The notes beneath the pieces are model-generated. The model was given only the letters and a program-made list of their open reading frames with translations, did not search any database and was not told the DNA's origin. The position numbers and the translations under genes are program-made. Below, piece after piece: positions 1 to 8,176 of a stretch of DNA of 34,887 bases (its first letter is position 1; every line of letters begins with the position of its first letter). The stretch lies in assembly GCA_041738165.1 (NCBI GenBank), contig JBGSQJ010000340.1, forward strand, positions 1 to 34,887, in the 5' to 3' direction. Source of the DNA: Bdellovibrionales bacterium. GTDB taxonomy: Bacteria; Bdellovibrionota; Bdellovibrionia; Bdellovibrionales; UBA1609.

Positions 1-228
1 AAGCTGCCCATCTAAATCTTTGACCTGAATCCAGCTGCCCTTGGGCCTCACCACAATAAATGGCATATAGCGACCCACCCGCCAGCTGGTTTCAGATTTT
101 GAACTGGGTTTGGCCTTTAAAGTGGTGGCTCTTTTGGTGCAAACTGATGCGGGCCACGCCGCAGCCCCTGTAACAAATAGCGCTGCCAGCAAAAAACCGC
201 GTGAAGAGCGATAAATCCAACCTCTCAA
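1..228 (-). CDS. Secreted SH3b-like domain protein, N-terminal part (the gene runs off the left edge of the window)
   Basis: Absent from the ORF track because the window edge truncates it. Reverse-strand translation from TTG (228..226) gives (M)RGWIYRSSRGFLLAALFVTGAAAWPASVCTKRATTLKAKPSSKSETSWRVGRYMPFIVVRPKGSWIQVKDLDGQL with no stop. It has a signal-peptide-like hydrophobic stretch followed by a bacterial SH3-like pattern. The TTG overlaps the xthA TGA (TTGA). The start codon is uncertain. Confidence 0.45.
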   Translation of the reverse strand, partial: MRGWIYRSSRGFLLAALFVTGAAAWPASVCTKRATTLKAKPSSKSETSWRVGRYMPFIVVRPKGSWIQVKDLDGQL

Positions 229-992
229 AGGGTCAGCTCAATCATCACAGGGCAGTGATCACTCCCCATCTGTTCATCTAAAATTTCGGCCACTTTCAAC
301 TTTGGCCTGAGGTCCTCAGAAATACAAATATGATCGATTCTCCAACCTCGGTTGCTAAACCTTGCGTTTTCATAATAGGCCCACCAGGTGAATTTGTTTG
401 CTGCCTCTGGGTGAAGTGCCCGAAAACTATCAACGAAGCCCTGTTCTAAAAAAGACCTCATCCATTGCCTTTCTTCTGGCAAAAAGCCACTCTCACCTTT
501 GACCTCATTTGGATCAAACACGTCATGATCTAAGTAGGCCACATTGTAGTCTCCAACAACAATCAACGATCGCCCTTGAGCTTTCAATCCGCAAAGGTGG
601 CGGCCAAATTTTCTTAGGAACTCTTGCTTGAATTTGTGCCGCACTTCGCCCGATGCGCCGTTTGGAAAGTAAACATTAAATAGCGTGAACGCTGGATACT
701 CGAGTACCACCATTCGGCCCTCTGCATCAAACTTGGGAATTCCAAAACCAGTTTGCATATTCAATGGAGATTCACGGGCGTAAATGACCGTCCCCGAATA
801 ACCCGGCTTTGCCGCCGAGGACCAAAACGTTTTCCATCCAAGCGGAAAAGCCAAAGCATCTTCAAGTTGATCGGGATGACACTTGGTCTCTTGCAAGCAC
901 ACAAAGTCGGCGCCCGACGACTCAAGAAATTCCCAGAATCCCTTTTGCGCTACGGAGCGCAATCCATTCACATTCCAAGAGATGACCTTCAC
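225..992 (-). CDS. xthA: Exodeoxyribonuclease III (ExoIII/APE family AP endonuclease)
   Basis: Family motifs VISWNVNGLRS, CLQETK, GDYNV and GSDHCP are present. The ORF-track start at 1055 is a TTG. The GTG at 992 (VKVISWNVNG), with GGGGGA 7 nt upstream, matches the usual ExoIII N-terminus and leaves a 74-nt divergent intergenic region with the peroxiredoxin gene. ATG 1043 and TTG 1055 are alternative starts. Confidence 0.9.
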   Translation of the reverse strand: MKVISWNVNGLRSVAQKGFWEFLESSGADFVCLQETKCHPDQLEDALAFPLGWKTFWSSAAKPGYSGTVIYARESPLNMQTGFGIPKFDAEGRMVVLEYPAFTLFNVYFPNGASGEVRHKFKQEFLRKFGRHLCGLKAQGRSLIVVGDYNVAYLDHDVFDPNEVKGESGFLPEERQWMRSFLEQGFVDSFRALHPEAANKFTWWAYYENARFSNRGWRIDHICISEDLRPKLKVAEILDEQMGSDHCPVMIELTL

Positions 993-1066
993 TTGATGAT
1001 CCCCCAAAACTGTGGCAGTTGAGAACAGGTCAATAAAACCCATACCACTATTCAAGGAGTCACACC

Positions 1067-1591
1067 ATGCCTATGATCGGTCAACCAGCACCACAATTCG
1101 TAGCGCCCTCAGTTGTCGACGGCGGCGATTTCAAAGACATCAATTTGGCCGATTTCAAAGGCAAATGGGTCGTTCTTTTCTTTTATCCGCTCGATTTCAC
1201 ATTTGTTTGCCCAACTGAATTGACGCAATTTCGCGAACACATGAAGGCCTTTAAAGCTGAGGGCGCCGAAGTTCTGGGCTGCAGCATCGACAGTGTGCAC
1301 TCGCATAAACGCTGGATCAAAGATGACCTAGGAGATCTTGGCTATCCATTAATTGGAGATGTCACTAAGCGCGTGTCTAGAGATTATGGTGTTCTTCTTG
1401 AAGACAAAGGTTTTGCAACCCGTGGAACTTTCATCATTGATCCACAAGGGACTATCCAATACATGGGCATTCACAATCTGAACGTGGGCCGAGATGCCAA
1501 TGAGATTCTGCGGGTCCTTCAAGGCCTGAAATCTGGGGAACTTTGTGCAGCAGGCTGGAAAAAGGGCGACAAATTTGTTGCAACCAAGTGA
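1067..1591 (+). CDS. ahpC: Typical 2-Cys peroxiredoxin (AhpC/Tsa family)
   Basis: The peroxidatic Cys motif FYPLDFTFVCPTE and a resolving Cys in GELCAAGWKKG are present. AAGGAG lies 7 nt upstream of the ATG. Confidence 0.92.
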   Translation: MPMIGQPAPQFVAPSVVDGGDFKDINLADFKGKWVVLFFYPLDFTFVCPTELTQFREHMKAFKAEGAEVLGCSIDSVHSHKRWIKDDLGDLGYPLIGDVTKRVSRDYGVLLEDKGFATRGTFIIDPQGTIQYMGIHNLNVGRDANEILRVLQGLKSGELCAAGWKKGDKFVATK

Positions 1592-2771
1592 TCTCGCATC
1601 ACCTGGAGTTCAAGAATTCTATCAAACGGTAAATCAAACGGCGCGCGAGACCTTTTTGGGTCTTGCCGCTTGCCCTGAAATCGATTGGCCAAAGATTCTC
1701 TCACCTTCGAAAATCCAACTATCAAATATGGTTTTCGAACAGGCTCAGTCGATCGTTCAGTCGCTGTGGAACCTCAGCTGCCAACCGCCCTATCAGGCTC
1801 AGTTTCTAGACCCTATTGATGAAAAAACCCACCATGATTCGGTGCTCATGGCCTATGACTTTCATTTGGATTCAACCGGTCAACTCAAACTCATAGAGAT
1901 CAACACGAATGCTTCGGGATTCTTACTTGTTTCGCTTCTCGAAATGGTTCATTTTAAAAAAACCATCGTCAATTACACCCCACTCACAGCGCTCAAGACG
2001 TCGTTTGAACTGGCGCTGGAAAAATGGGGAGCCGATCCCAAACAAAATGTGAAGAGCGCTCTCACCGATGAAGACTGGCGTGGTCAACGAATGCTGCCAG
2101 AATTTTACATGTATCAAGAATGGTTCAAGTCTTTTGGGTGGGACTGCGAAATCGCAGAATCGAAAGATTTCAAATTTCAAAATCACGAGCTGACTTTGCC
2201 TGGCCCGAGCCGCCCTATCCAATTGGTTTACAATCGAACCACCGACTTTCACTTTGAAAAAGAAATTCATTTGGCACTCAAAAATACATATGCCGCGGGT
2301 GCGGCTTGCATCACACCCACCCCTAAGGCCTACCGCTTATTGGCCGACAAGCAGCGAATGACCGAGTGGAGTCGCCCAGGGGCCCTCGAGAGCTGGAAAT
2401 TGCCGGAGACTCAAGTGCAAGCGATTCAAAGCGCATTGCTCAGGTCGTACACTCAGGTTGACTTTGAATCTTCGGATCAAATTTGGAGCGAGAGAAAAAA
2501 ATATTTCTTTAAACCCAGACGCTCTCACGGCGGAAAATCGGTTTACCGCGGATCGAGCATCTCAAAGACCGTTTTTGAGCGCCTGATGTCTGAACCGTCG
2601 ACTATTATTCAAGAGCATTGTCCGCCATCCGAGGTCGATGGATGGAAGTTCGACCTGCGCTTTTTTGTGTTCAAAGATCAAATTCAACTCTCTGTCGCTC
2701 GCATGTACCGTGGCCAAGTTACTAATTTCTCTAGTGATCTCGGCGGCTTCACTTTAGTCGAGTTCACCTGA
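1545..2771 (+). CDS. Glutathionylspermidine-synthase-like (YgiC/YjfC-type) ATP-grasp amidoligase, substrate unknown
   Basis: The motif order is that of GspS-type ATP-grasp enzymes. MAYDFHLDSTGQLKLIEINTNASG (compare RxDxxxD..G..KLLExNADTPT) comes first, then FFKPRRSHGGKSVY, IIQEHCP, DLRFFVF and VTNFSSDLGGF at the C-terminus. The start is uncertain. GTG 1545 has GGGGA upstream and overlaps ahpC by 47 nt. TTG 1575/1578/1656 and ATG 1728 are alternatives. The segment KIQLSNMVFEQAQSIVQSL resembles the YgiC N-terminal region, which argues for a start upstream of 1728. Confidence 0.7.
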   Translation: MQQAGKRATNLLQPSDLASPGVQEFYQTVNQTARETFLGLAACPEIDWPKILSPSKIQLSNMVFEQAQSIVQSLWNLSCQPPYQAQFLDPIDEKTHHDSVLMAYDFHLDSTGQLKLIEINTNASGFLLVSLLEMVHFKKTIVNYTPLTALKTSFELALEKWGADPKQNVKSALTDEDWRGQRMLPEFYMYQEWFKSFGWDCEIAESKDFKFQNHELTLPGPSRPIQLVYNRTTDFHFEKEIHLALKNTYAAGAACITPTPKAYRLLADKQRMTEWSRPGALESWKLPETQVQAIQSALLRSYTQVDFESSDQIWSERKKYFFKPRRSHGGKSVYRGSSISKTVFERLMSEPSTIIQEHCPPSEVDGWKFDLRFFVFKDQIQLSVARMYRGQVTNFSSDLGGFTLVEFT

Positions 2772-2831
2772 CGTTTAAGTCTCATTTCAACTCGAGTCTG
2801 GACGCACATCGTCCGATAAATAAACTGAACC

Positions 2832-4670
2832 ATGAGCTTAAGAAAAAAGTCCCCATCTTCGGCCAAGTCATCTTATGAGAGCTTTTCGCAGCTTGATGGC
2901 CAACACAGCTGGCAATCCGCCGTACCTGAAGGTTCCGTTTTATATCCGGTGCGAAAGCTTTCGGGGGGCCGAGTCTCCTACTTCAATTTCGACTTGGCCC
3001 GAGAGATGGGGCTCATTGCGCGCAATCACCCAAGCGAACTGAATGCGGAATTAGAAAAGACTCTGCTCAATACTTTTTGCCTACGCATCATCAATGAGTA
3101 CGATCAAGAACACGGCTTGAATGTCGCAGACAAAAATCTAAAAGAACACCCCTACATGGCGACCCGATACCTGCAGCTTCAACACACCGACAAAAGCGGC
3201 CGAACCAGTGGCGATGGTCGCTGCATCTGGAATGGCGAGTTCAAGAGTTCGTCAGGTGTCTGGGACGTGTCGAGCCGAGGCACGGGCGTGACTTCGCTCG
3301 CACCCGGCGTGGTGGAAGCTGGCAAACCCCTGAAGTCTGGCAACACCGATCACGGTTACGGTTGCGGAATGGCAGAAATCGATGAACTCTACGGCGCCGC
3401 CATACTTGCTGAAATATTTCATCGCAATGGTATCTCCACCGAGCGCGTTCTCGCTGTCATCGATATTGGAAAAGGCGTCGGAATCGGAGTGCGGGCGGCA
3501 CCCAATTTGGTTCGCCCCGCTCACCTGTTCTTGTATCTGAAGCAAAATCGTTTTGAACCACTCAAAGCCGCAACTGACTACCTGATTTCTCGGCAGTTCA
3601 AAAATGGCGAGTGGCAAGTTAAACCCAGTAGCTATCGCCGCTACAGACAGATGTTGAGTCTTGTTGTGCGGGATTTTGCAAAGTTCGCAGCCTATTTGGA
3701 GCGCGACTATATATTTGCGTGGCTCGATTGGGATGGCGACAACGTGCTCGCCAATGCGGGTATCATCGACTATGGGAGCGTTCGCCAGTTTGGGCTCAGG
3801 CACGACCAATACCGCTATGATGATGTCGATAGAATGTCGACAAACCTCAATGAGCAAAAAGCCAAAGCGGCCCAAATTGTTCAAACTTTTGCTCAAATGG
3901 TCGACTACTTAGAAACCGGTTCGAAAAAAGCGTGGGCGAAGTTCAGCAAGTCTCGGGCCGTGGCTGAGTTCAACAAGCGCTTTGAATATCACTCACTCGA
4001 AAGATTTCTTTACCAACTTGGCCTTCCCAAGCCTCATCAGCGTATTTTGCTTAGGAGTCACCGAAGAAAAGTTGAAAACCTTTTTCAAATTCATTGTGAC
4101 CTAGAAAAAACCAAGACCTACAAACGCCTAGCCAAAGTTCATGATGGCGTGCACCGCCCTGCCATCTTCAACATGAGACGAGTTTTAAGTTCAATGACTG
4201 AGGCACTTGCCGAATTGCCGATTGAGCTTTGTGGGCCGGTTGACACCGAGGAATTTTTTTCGTGGATGGTCTCAAGTCAGGCTGCACCACGAGATCGAAA
4301 ATTGAGAGCAAATGTTCGGCGCAAGATTGAAGCTTGGCAACAAGCCTATTTTTCGCTTTTGCGTGTCGTGACCACACCTGACACCTGGGAGCCAACTCTC
4401 GCGGCTATGCACTCTCGCGCAATGAAGATCAATGACCCAAAACGAATTACGGGCAATGCTCTTATTCACATTGTCGATGAAATCTTGAAGTTCAGAAGAA
4501 GAACTTTGAGCGACAGTGAGATTCAGCTTGCCATTGACCTGCTTATTAAGTCTCAAACCCTAAATCCAGATTATGAGGGGCCCGCAAAACCCGTAAATGG
4601 GGATCTGCCACCGCCAAAACTCATGCGCAGCTTCATGGCCGTTGTACGTGGTTACGGCGAAGACATTTAG
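2832..4670 (+). CDS. Divergent SelO/YdiU (UPF0061)-like kinase-fold protein, putative protein nucleotidyltransferase
   Basis: By-eye alignment to E. coli YdiU gives four matches. SGRTSGDGRCIWNGE aligns with AGQLGDGRGILLGE, and WDVSSRGTGVT with WHLKGAGLTP. VRAAPNLVRPAHLF aligns with MRVAPSHLRFGHFE, and DWDGDNVLANAGIIDYG with HGVMNTDNMSLLGLTLDYG. The protein is longer than YdiU and much diverged from it. Confidence 0.65.
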   Translation: MSLRKKSPSSAKSSYESFSQLDGQHSWQSAVPEGSVLYPVRKLSGGRVSYFNFDLAREMGLIARNHPSELNAELEKTLLNTFCLRIINEYDQEHGLNVADKNLKEHPYMATRYLQLQHTDKSGRTSGDGRCIWNGEFKSSSGVWDVSSRGTGVTSLAPGVVEAGKPLKSGNTDHGYGCGMAEIDELYGAAILAEIFHRNGISTERVLAVIDIGKGVGIGVRAAPNLVRPAHLFLYLKQNRFEPLKAATDYLISRQFKNGEWQVKPSSYRRYRQMLSLVVRDFAKFAAYLERDYIFAWLDWDGDNVLANAGIIDYGSVRQFGLRHDQYRYDDVDRMSTNLNEQKAKAAQIVQTFAQMVDYLETGSKKAWAKFSKSRAVAEFNKRFEYHSLERFLYQLGLPKPHQRILLRSHRRKVENLFQIHCDLEKTKTYKRLAKVHDGVHRPAIFNMRRVLSSMTEALAELPIELCGPVDTEEFFSWMVSSQAAPRDRKLRANVRRKIEAWQQAYFSLLRVVTTPDTWEPTLAAMHSRAMKINDPKRITGNALIHIVDEILKFRRRTLSDSEIQLAIDLLIKSQTLNPDYEGPAKPVNGDLPPPKLMRSFMAVVRGYGEDI

Positions 4671-4707
4671 CTTGGCCTAGCGCTTAAATTCACCTATTTT
4701 GGCAGGC

Positions 4708-5682
4708 ATGTGGATAGTCACCGGAGCAACCGGATTTATTGGTAGTGCGCTCTGCTGGGAGCTGAATGAAAGTGGTCATACAGACCTACTGCTCGTCGAT
4801 CATATCCCACCAAGCGAGCGGCCCCAGATCTTGTCTAAACGGCAATTCGTGGATTTTGTTTCGGCCGATCAGCTTCTCTTGGACCTAAAGGCCGCGCCCT
4901 GGGCCAACAAAATCAAAGGTATTCTTCACATGGGAGCCTGTTCAACCACAACAGAAACCAATGAGGCCTATCTAACAAAAAATAATTTTGAATACACTCA
5001 AGTGCTGTGGAACTTTTGTACGGAAAAAAATATTCCATTTATTTATGCCAGCAGCGGGGCCTGTTACGGTGATGGCAAAAAGGGGTTTGACGATAAAACC
5101 GACTCGCGGATTTTTGAGCCGCTAAATCTCTATGGCTGGTCAAAGTTAAAATTTGATATTTGGGCCAGTGAGCAAAAGGCCGCGCCACCACGTTGGTATG
5201 GGCTGCGCTTTTTCAACGTCTATGGCCCCAACGAATATCACAAGGGCGAGCAGGCATCCGTCGTGTTCAAAGCTTTCAATCAAATTCGCGAGACTGGCCA
5301 GTTGAAACTGTTTCGCTCGCACAACACAAAATTTGCCGATGGTGAACAGCTACGTGACTTCGTTTACATAAAAGACATTATCGAATGGATGAGCCAATTG
5401 ATGATTTGCGAAGAGGTCCCATCTGGAATTTATAATATGGGATTTGGCAAAGCGCGAACTTGGCTCGATTTAGCGCGAGCCGTATTTAAAAACCTCAATG
5501 TCGAACCCAAGATTGAGTGGATGGATGTCCCTGCAAATATTCGCGATCAGTATCAGTATTTCACTCAAGCCAAAATGCAGCGCTGGATCAACGCCTCTAA
5601 TCTTAGGCCTCATTGGAATCTAGAAGACGGGATAGCGGACTACGTTAATCATTTCTTAAAAAATGAAGACCCCTATTTATGA
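4708..5682 (+). CDS. hldD: ADP-L-glycero-D-manno-heptose 6-epimerase
   Basis: MWIVTGATGFIGS (Rossmann motif), YGWSKLKFD, RFFNVYGPNEYHKGEQASVVF and QYFTQA are collinear with E. coli HldD/RfaD. ATG 4708 is preferred over the TTG at 4699. The stop overlaps the next gene (ATGA). Confidence 0.9.
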   Translation: MWIVTGATGFIGSALCWELNESGHTDLLLVDHIPPSERPQILSKRQFVDFVSADQLLLDLKAAPWANKIKGILHMGACSTTTETNEAYLTKNNFEYTQVLWNFCTEKNIPFIYASSGACYGDGKKGFDDKTDSRIFEPLNLYGWSKLKFDIWASEQKAAPPRWYGLRFFNVYGPNEYHKGEQASVVFKAFNQIRETGQLKLFRSHNTKFADGEQLRDFVYIKDIIEWMSQLMICEEVPSGIYNMGFGKARTWLDLARAVFKNLNVEPKIEWMDVPANIRDQYQYFTQAKMQRWINASNLRPHWNLEDGIADYVNHFLKNEDPYL

Positions 5683-7406
5683 CTGAGTCCACAAAGGCCA
5701 AAATTCCCAGGCACCTTCGCAAGTTTATAGTCGAACAAAACTACTCGCGCTACACGCCCGAAGATCAAGCGATTTGGCGATTTATTATGAGGCAACTCAT
5801 TCAATATCTCTCCGTGCATGCGCATGACTGCTATCTTGACGGCCTAAAAAGTACGGGCATTTCGCCCGATTCCATTCCAGATATCGATGTCATGGATCAG
5901 CGCCTTGAGGATTTCGGCTGGAGTGCCGTCCCCGTTAGTGGATTTATTCCTCCCGCCGCGTTTATGGAAATGCAAAGCCTAGGGGTGTTGCCAATTGCCA
6001 GCGATTTACGGGCGCTTTCTCACTTGATGTATACACCTGCACCCGACATAGTGCATGAGGCCGCCGGACATGCCCCTATTTTGGTGCACCCCGAGTTTTC
6101 TTCTTACCTGCACCAGTATGGAGAAGTCGCGCGGCGGGCCATCTTGAGCCGAGAAGATTTAGATCAATACGAGGCCATTCGTATTTTAAGTGATGTTAAA
6201 GAAGATCCGAGATCTACAGAGGCCGAAATCCAAGCCGCTGAATTGAAACTCAATGAAGTAAACTCAAAAATGTCTGGAGTTTCTGAGGCCGGGCTGCTTT
6301 CTAGAATGAATTGGTGGACAGCCGAGTATGGCCTTGTCGGAGATCTGAAAAATCCAAAGATTTTTGGAGCTGGACTTCTTTCGTCGGTGGGCGAATCTAG
6401 GCTTTGTCTGAGTGACAAAGTAAAAAAAATTCCACTGACTGTGGATTGCGTCGATGTCGGATACGATATCACCGAGCCTCAACCTCAACTCTTCGTTACA
6501 TCTGATTTTTCACACCTCACGGAGGTCCTCAATCAATTGGCCGAGCGCTTGGCCTTTAAAAAGGGCGGCACATCCGGGCTCGCAACGGCTCTCAAGGCGA
6601 AAACGGTCAATACAGTCATGCTCGATTCTGGACTTCAAGTTTCAGGTCAGCTTGAGTCTTTTTTAAGTTCAGGGTCCACCGTAGAATTTATTCGGTTCAC
6701 TGGTCCGGTACAGCTGAGCTATCAAGATTGTGAGCTCAGCGGCCATGGCACCAAAACTCATGCTGCGGGGTTCTCATCTCCGCTAGGACTTCTCGCAGAC
6801 GGTTCAAGGCCAAGCGACAAGTCATTTAGAAGTGGCGAGCGAATCAGATTGAACTTTCAAAGCGGAATTGCAGTCGATGGCGAAGTGACGGGCGAGATTC
6901 GAAAAAATGGCAAGCTGATTGTGCTGAACCTAAGCAAAGCCACTGTGAAGCGACAAGAACAGTTGCTTTACTCACCCGACTGGGGCCCATTTGATATGGC
7001 CATTGGAGAGAGTGTAAACTCAGTGTTTGCGGGTCCCGCGGACAGGTCTCGCTTCGGAGCAACAGACGAGTTCGTCACGAAACAGGTTCCGCCACGAAAT
7101 TACACCAAAGAGCAGCTATCTCTTCACGATCTTTACCGAAATGTCCGCAGGCTTCGCGACGAGCGGACCACGCTTTCTCAAAGTCAAACTCAAGGTCGGT
7201 TTGACGACTTGGTTGACACCTACTTGAAGATCTCCCAAGACGAGTGGCTTCCCGGCATAGAACTTTTGGAAATAGCAAGTGAGGCCGGACTTTCGGGCGC
7301 CAAATTTGATCTACTAAACCGACAACTATTGCCTGAGAACTTCAAATCGCAATTCGTAAGTGAAGCCATCCGCGATGGTCTCGAGTTGATCAGTCGCACA
7401 AAATGA
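5679..7406 (+). CDS. phhA: Aromatic amino acid (phenylalanine-4-) hydroxylase family protein, long form with a C-terminal extension of about 270 aa
   Basis: The iron-ligand motifs are present: PDIVHEAAGHAPIL (2 His), NWWTAEYGL (Glu) and FGAGLLSSVGES. These lie in the first ~300 aa. The remaining ~270 aa carry no motif I recognise. There are ATGA overlaps with both neighbouring genes. Confidence 0.8.
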   Translation: MTESTKAKIPRHLRKFIVEQNYSRYTPEDQAIWRFIMRQLIQYLSVHAHDCYLDGLKSTGISPDSIPDIDVMDQRLEDFGWSAVPVSGFIPPAAFMEMQSLGVLPIASDLRALSHLMYTPAPDIVHEAAGHAPILVHPEFSSYLHQYGEVARRAILSREDLDQYEAIRILSDVKEDPRSTEAEIQAAELKLNEVNSKMSGVSEAGLLSRMNWWTAEYGLVGDLKNPKIFGAGLLSSVGESRLCLSDKVKKIPLTVDCVDVGYDITEPQPQLFVTSDFSHLTEVLNQLAERLAFKKGGTSGLATALKAKTVNTVMLDSGLQVSGQLESFLSSGSTVEFIRFTGPVQLSYQDCELSGHGTKTHAAGFSSPLGLLADGSRPSDKSFRSGERIRLNFQSGIAVDGEVTGEIRKNGKLIVLNLSKATVKRQEQLLYSPDWGPFDMAIGESVNSVFAGPADRSRFGATDEFVTKQVPPRNYTKEQLSLHDLYRNVRRLRDERTTLSQSQTQGRFDDLVDTYLKISQDEWLPGIELLEIASEAGLSGAKFDLLNRQLLPENFKSQFVSEAIRDGLELISRTK

Positions 7407-8176
7407 AAATACATGTGGTTTTGGTACGATCTGAATATGAGGGCAACGTCGGGTCAAGTGCCCGCTCTGCCGCCAATATGGGCGCCGATTCCCTTATTTT
7501 GATTGCCCCTCAGGTTGATCATCTTGCACACGAATCCAGGCAAATGGCCGCTGGTGCCCAAGAAATGTTGAAGAGCGCCCGAGTGTACTCAGATTGGAAC
7601 AGTTTCTACTCTGCAGAAGGTCAGGGCGTTCGCATCGCCTTTTCACGGCGAGACGGAAAAAGGCGCAAAGCGATCGAGTGGTCTCACGCAGGAACTTCTT
7701 TGATCAATCGCGAGAGCACCGATCACCTTTACCTCATATTTGGGCCCGAAGCGGACGGCTTGGATCACGAAGATTTGGCGTTCGTCAATCTGACCTGCTC
7801 TTTGCCCACATTCGGAAATTTTGCCAGCTTCAATTTGTCTCAAGCCGTCATCGTCGCATTGACGGTGCTTCAACTCCAAACAATGAAATCGTCACCACCT
7901 ACGAATGAAGAAAATCCGCCAGCGCCATTTTATTTTCCAGACGACTTAATTAAGAAATGGCTGACTCAAATTGGATTTGATATTCAAGCTCGCAAAGCCA
8001 GTGCGTATTTGACTCTAAAGCGTCTTTTTTTATTGAATCAACCCACAAAGCACGAAATCAAAGTGCTCGAAGCCACACTTCAACAGACGCTGAGAAAACT
8101 CGATGAAGCCTCATTTGGGCTTTCTTTTGAACAGATTGCTGACCACCGCAGTGATATCGTCAGTGAAGATATCTAA
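7403..8176 (+). CDS. trmJ: SpoU/TrmJ-family tRNA 2'-O-methyltransferase
   Basis: The N-terminus IHVVLVRSEYEGNVGSSARSAANMGADSLILIAP and the later LIFGPEADGL and NLSQAV are SPOUT/TrmJ-like, and there is a C-terminal extension as in TrmJ. Confidence 0.75.
   Translation: MKIHVVLVRSEYEGNVGSSARSAANMGADSLILIAPQVDHLAHESRQMAAGAQEMLKSARVYSDWNSFYSAEGQGVRIAFSRRDGKRRKAIEWSHAGTSLINRESTDHLYLIFGPEADGLDHEDLAFVNLTCSLPTFGNFASFNLSQAVIVALTVLQLQTMKSSPPTNEENPPAPFYFPDDLIKKWLTQIGFDIQARKASAYLTLKRLFLLNQPTKHEIKVLEATLQQTLRKLDEASFGLSFEQIADHRSDIVSEDI

Noticed and set aside
2812-2819. TCCGATAA upstream of the SelO-like gene resembles the sigma28 -10 element GCCGATAA.
   Set aside because: There is no TAAA-type -35 element at the required spacing upstream. 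An isolated 7/8 match is not convincing.
3252-3896. A 214-aa ORF lies antisense to the SelO-like gene. Similar antisense ORFs occur at 20980..21399, 24140..24532, 27630..28001, 28216..28584 and 30107..30502.
   Set aside because: All lie entirely inside well-supported genes on the other strand. They lack recognisable motifs or ribosome-binding sites and have odd compositions. I treat them as shadow ORFs.
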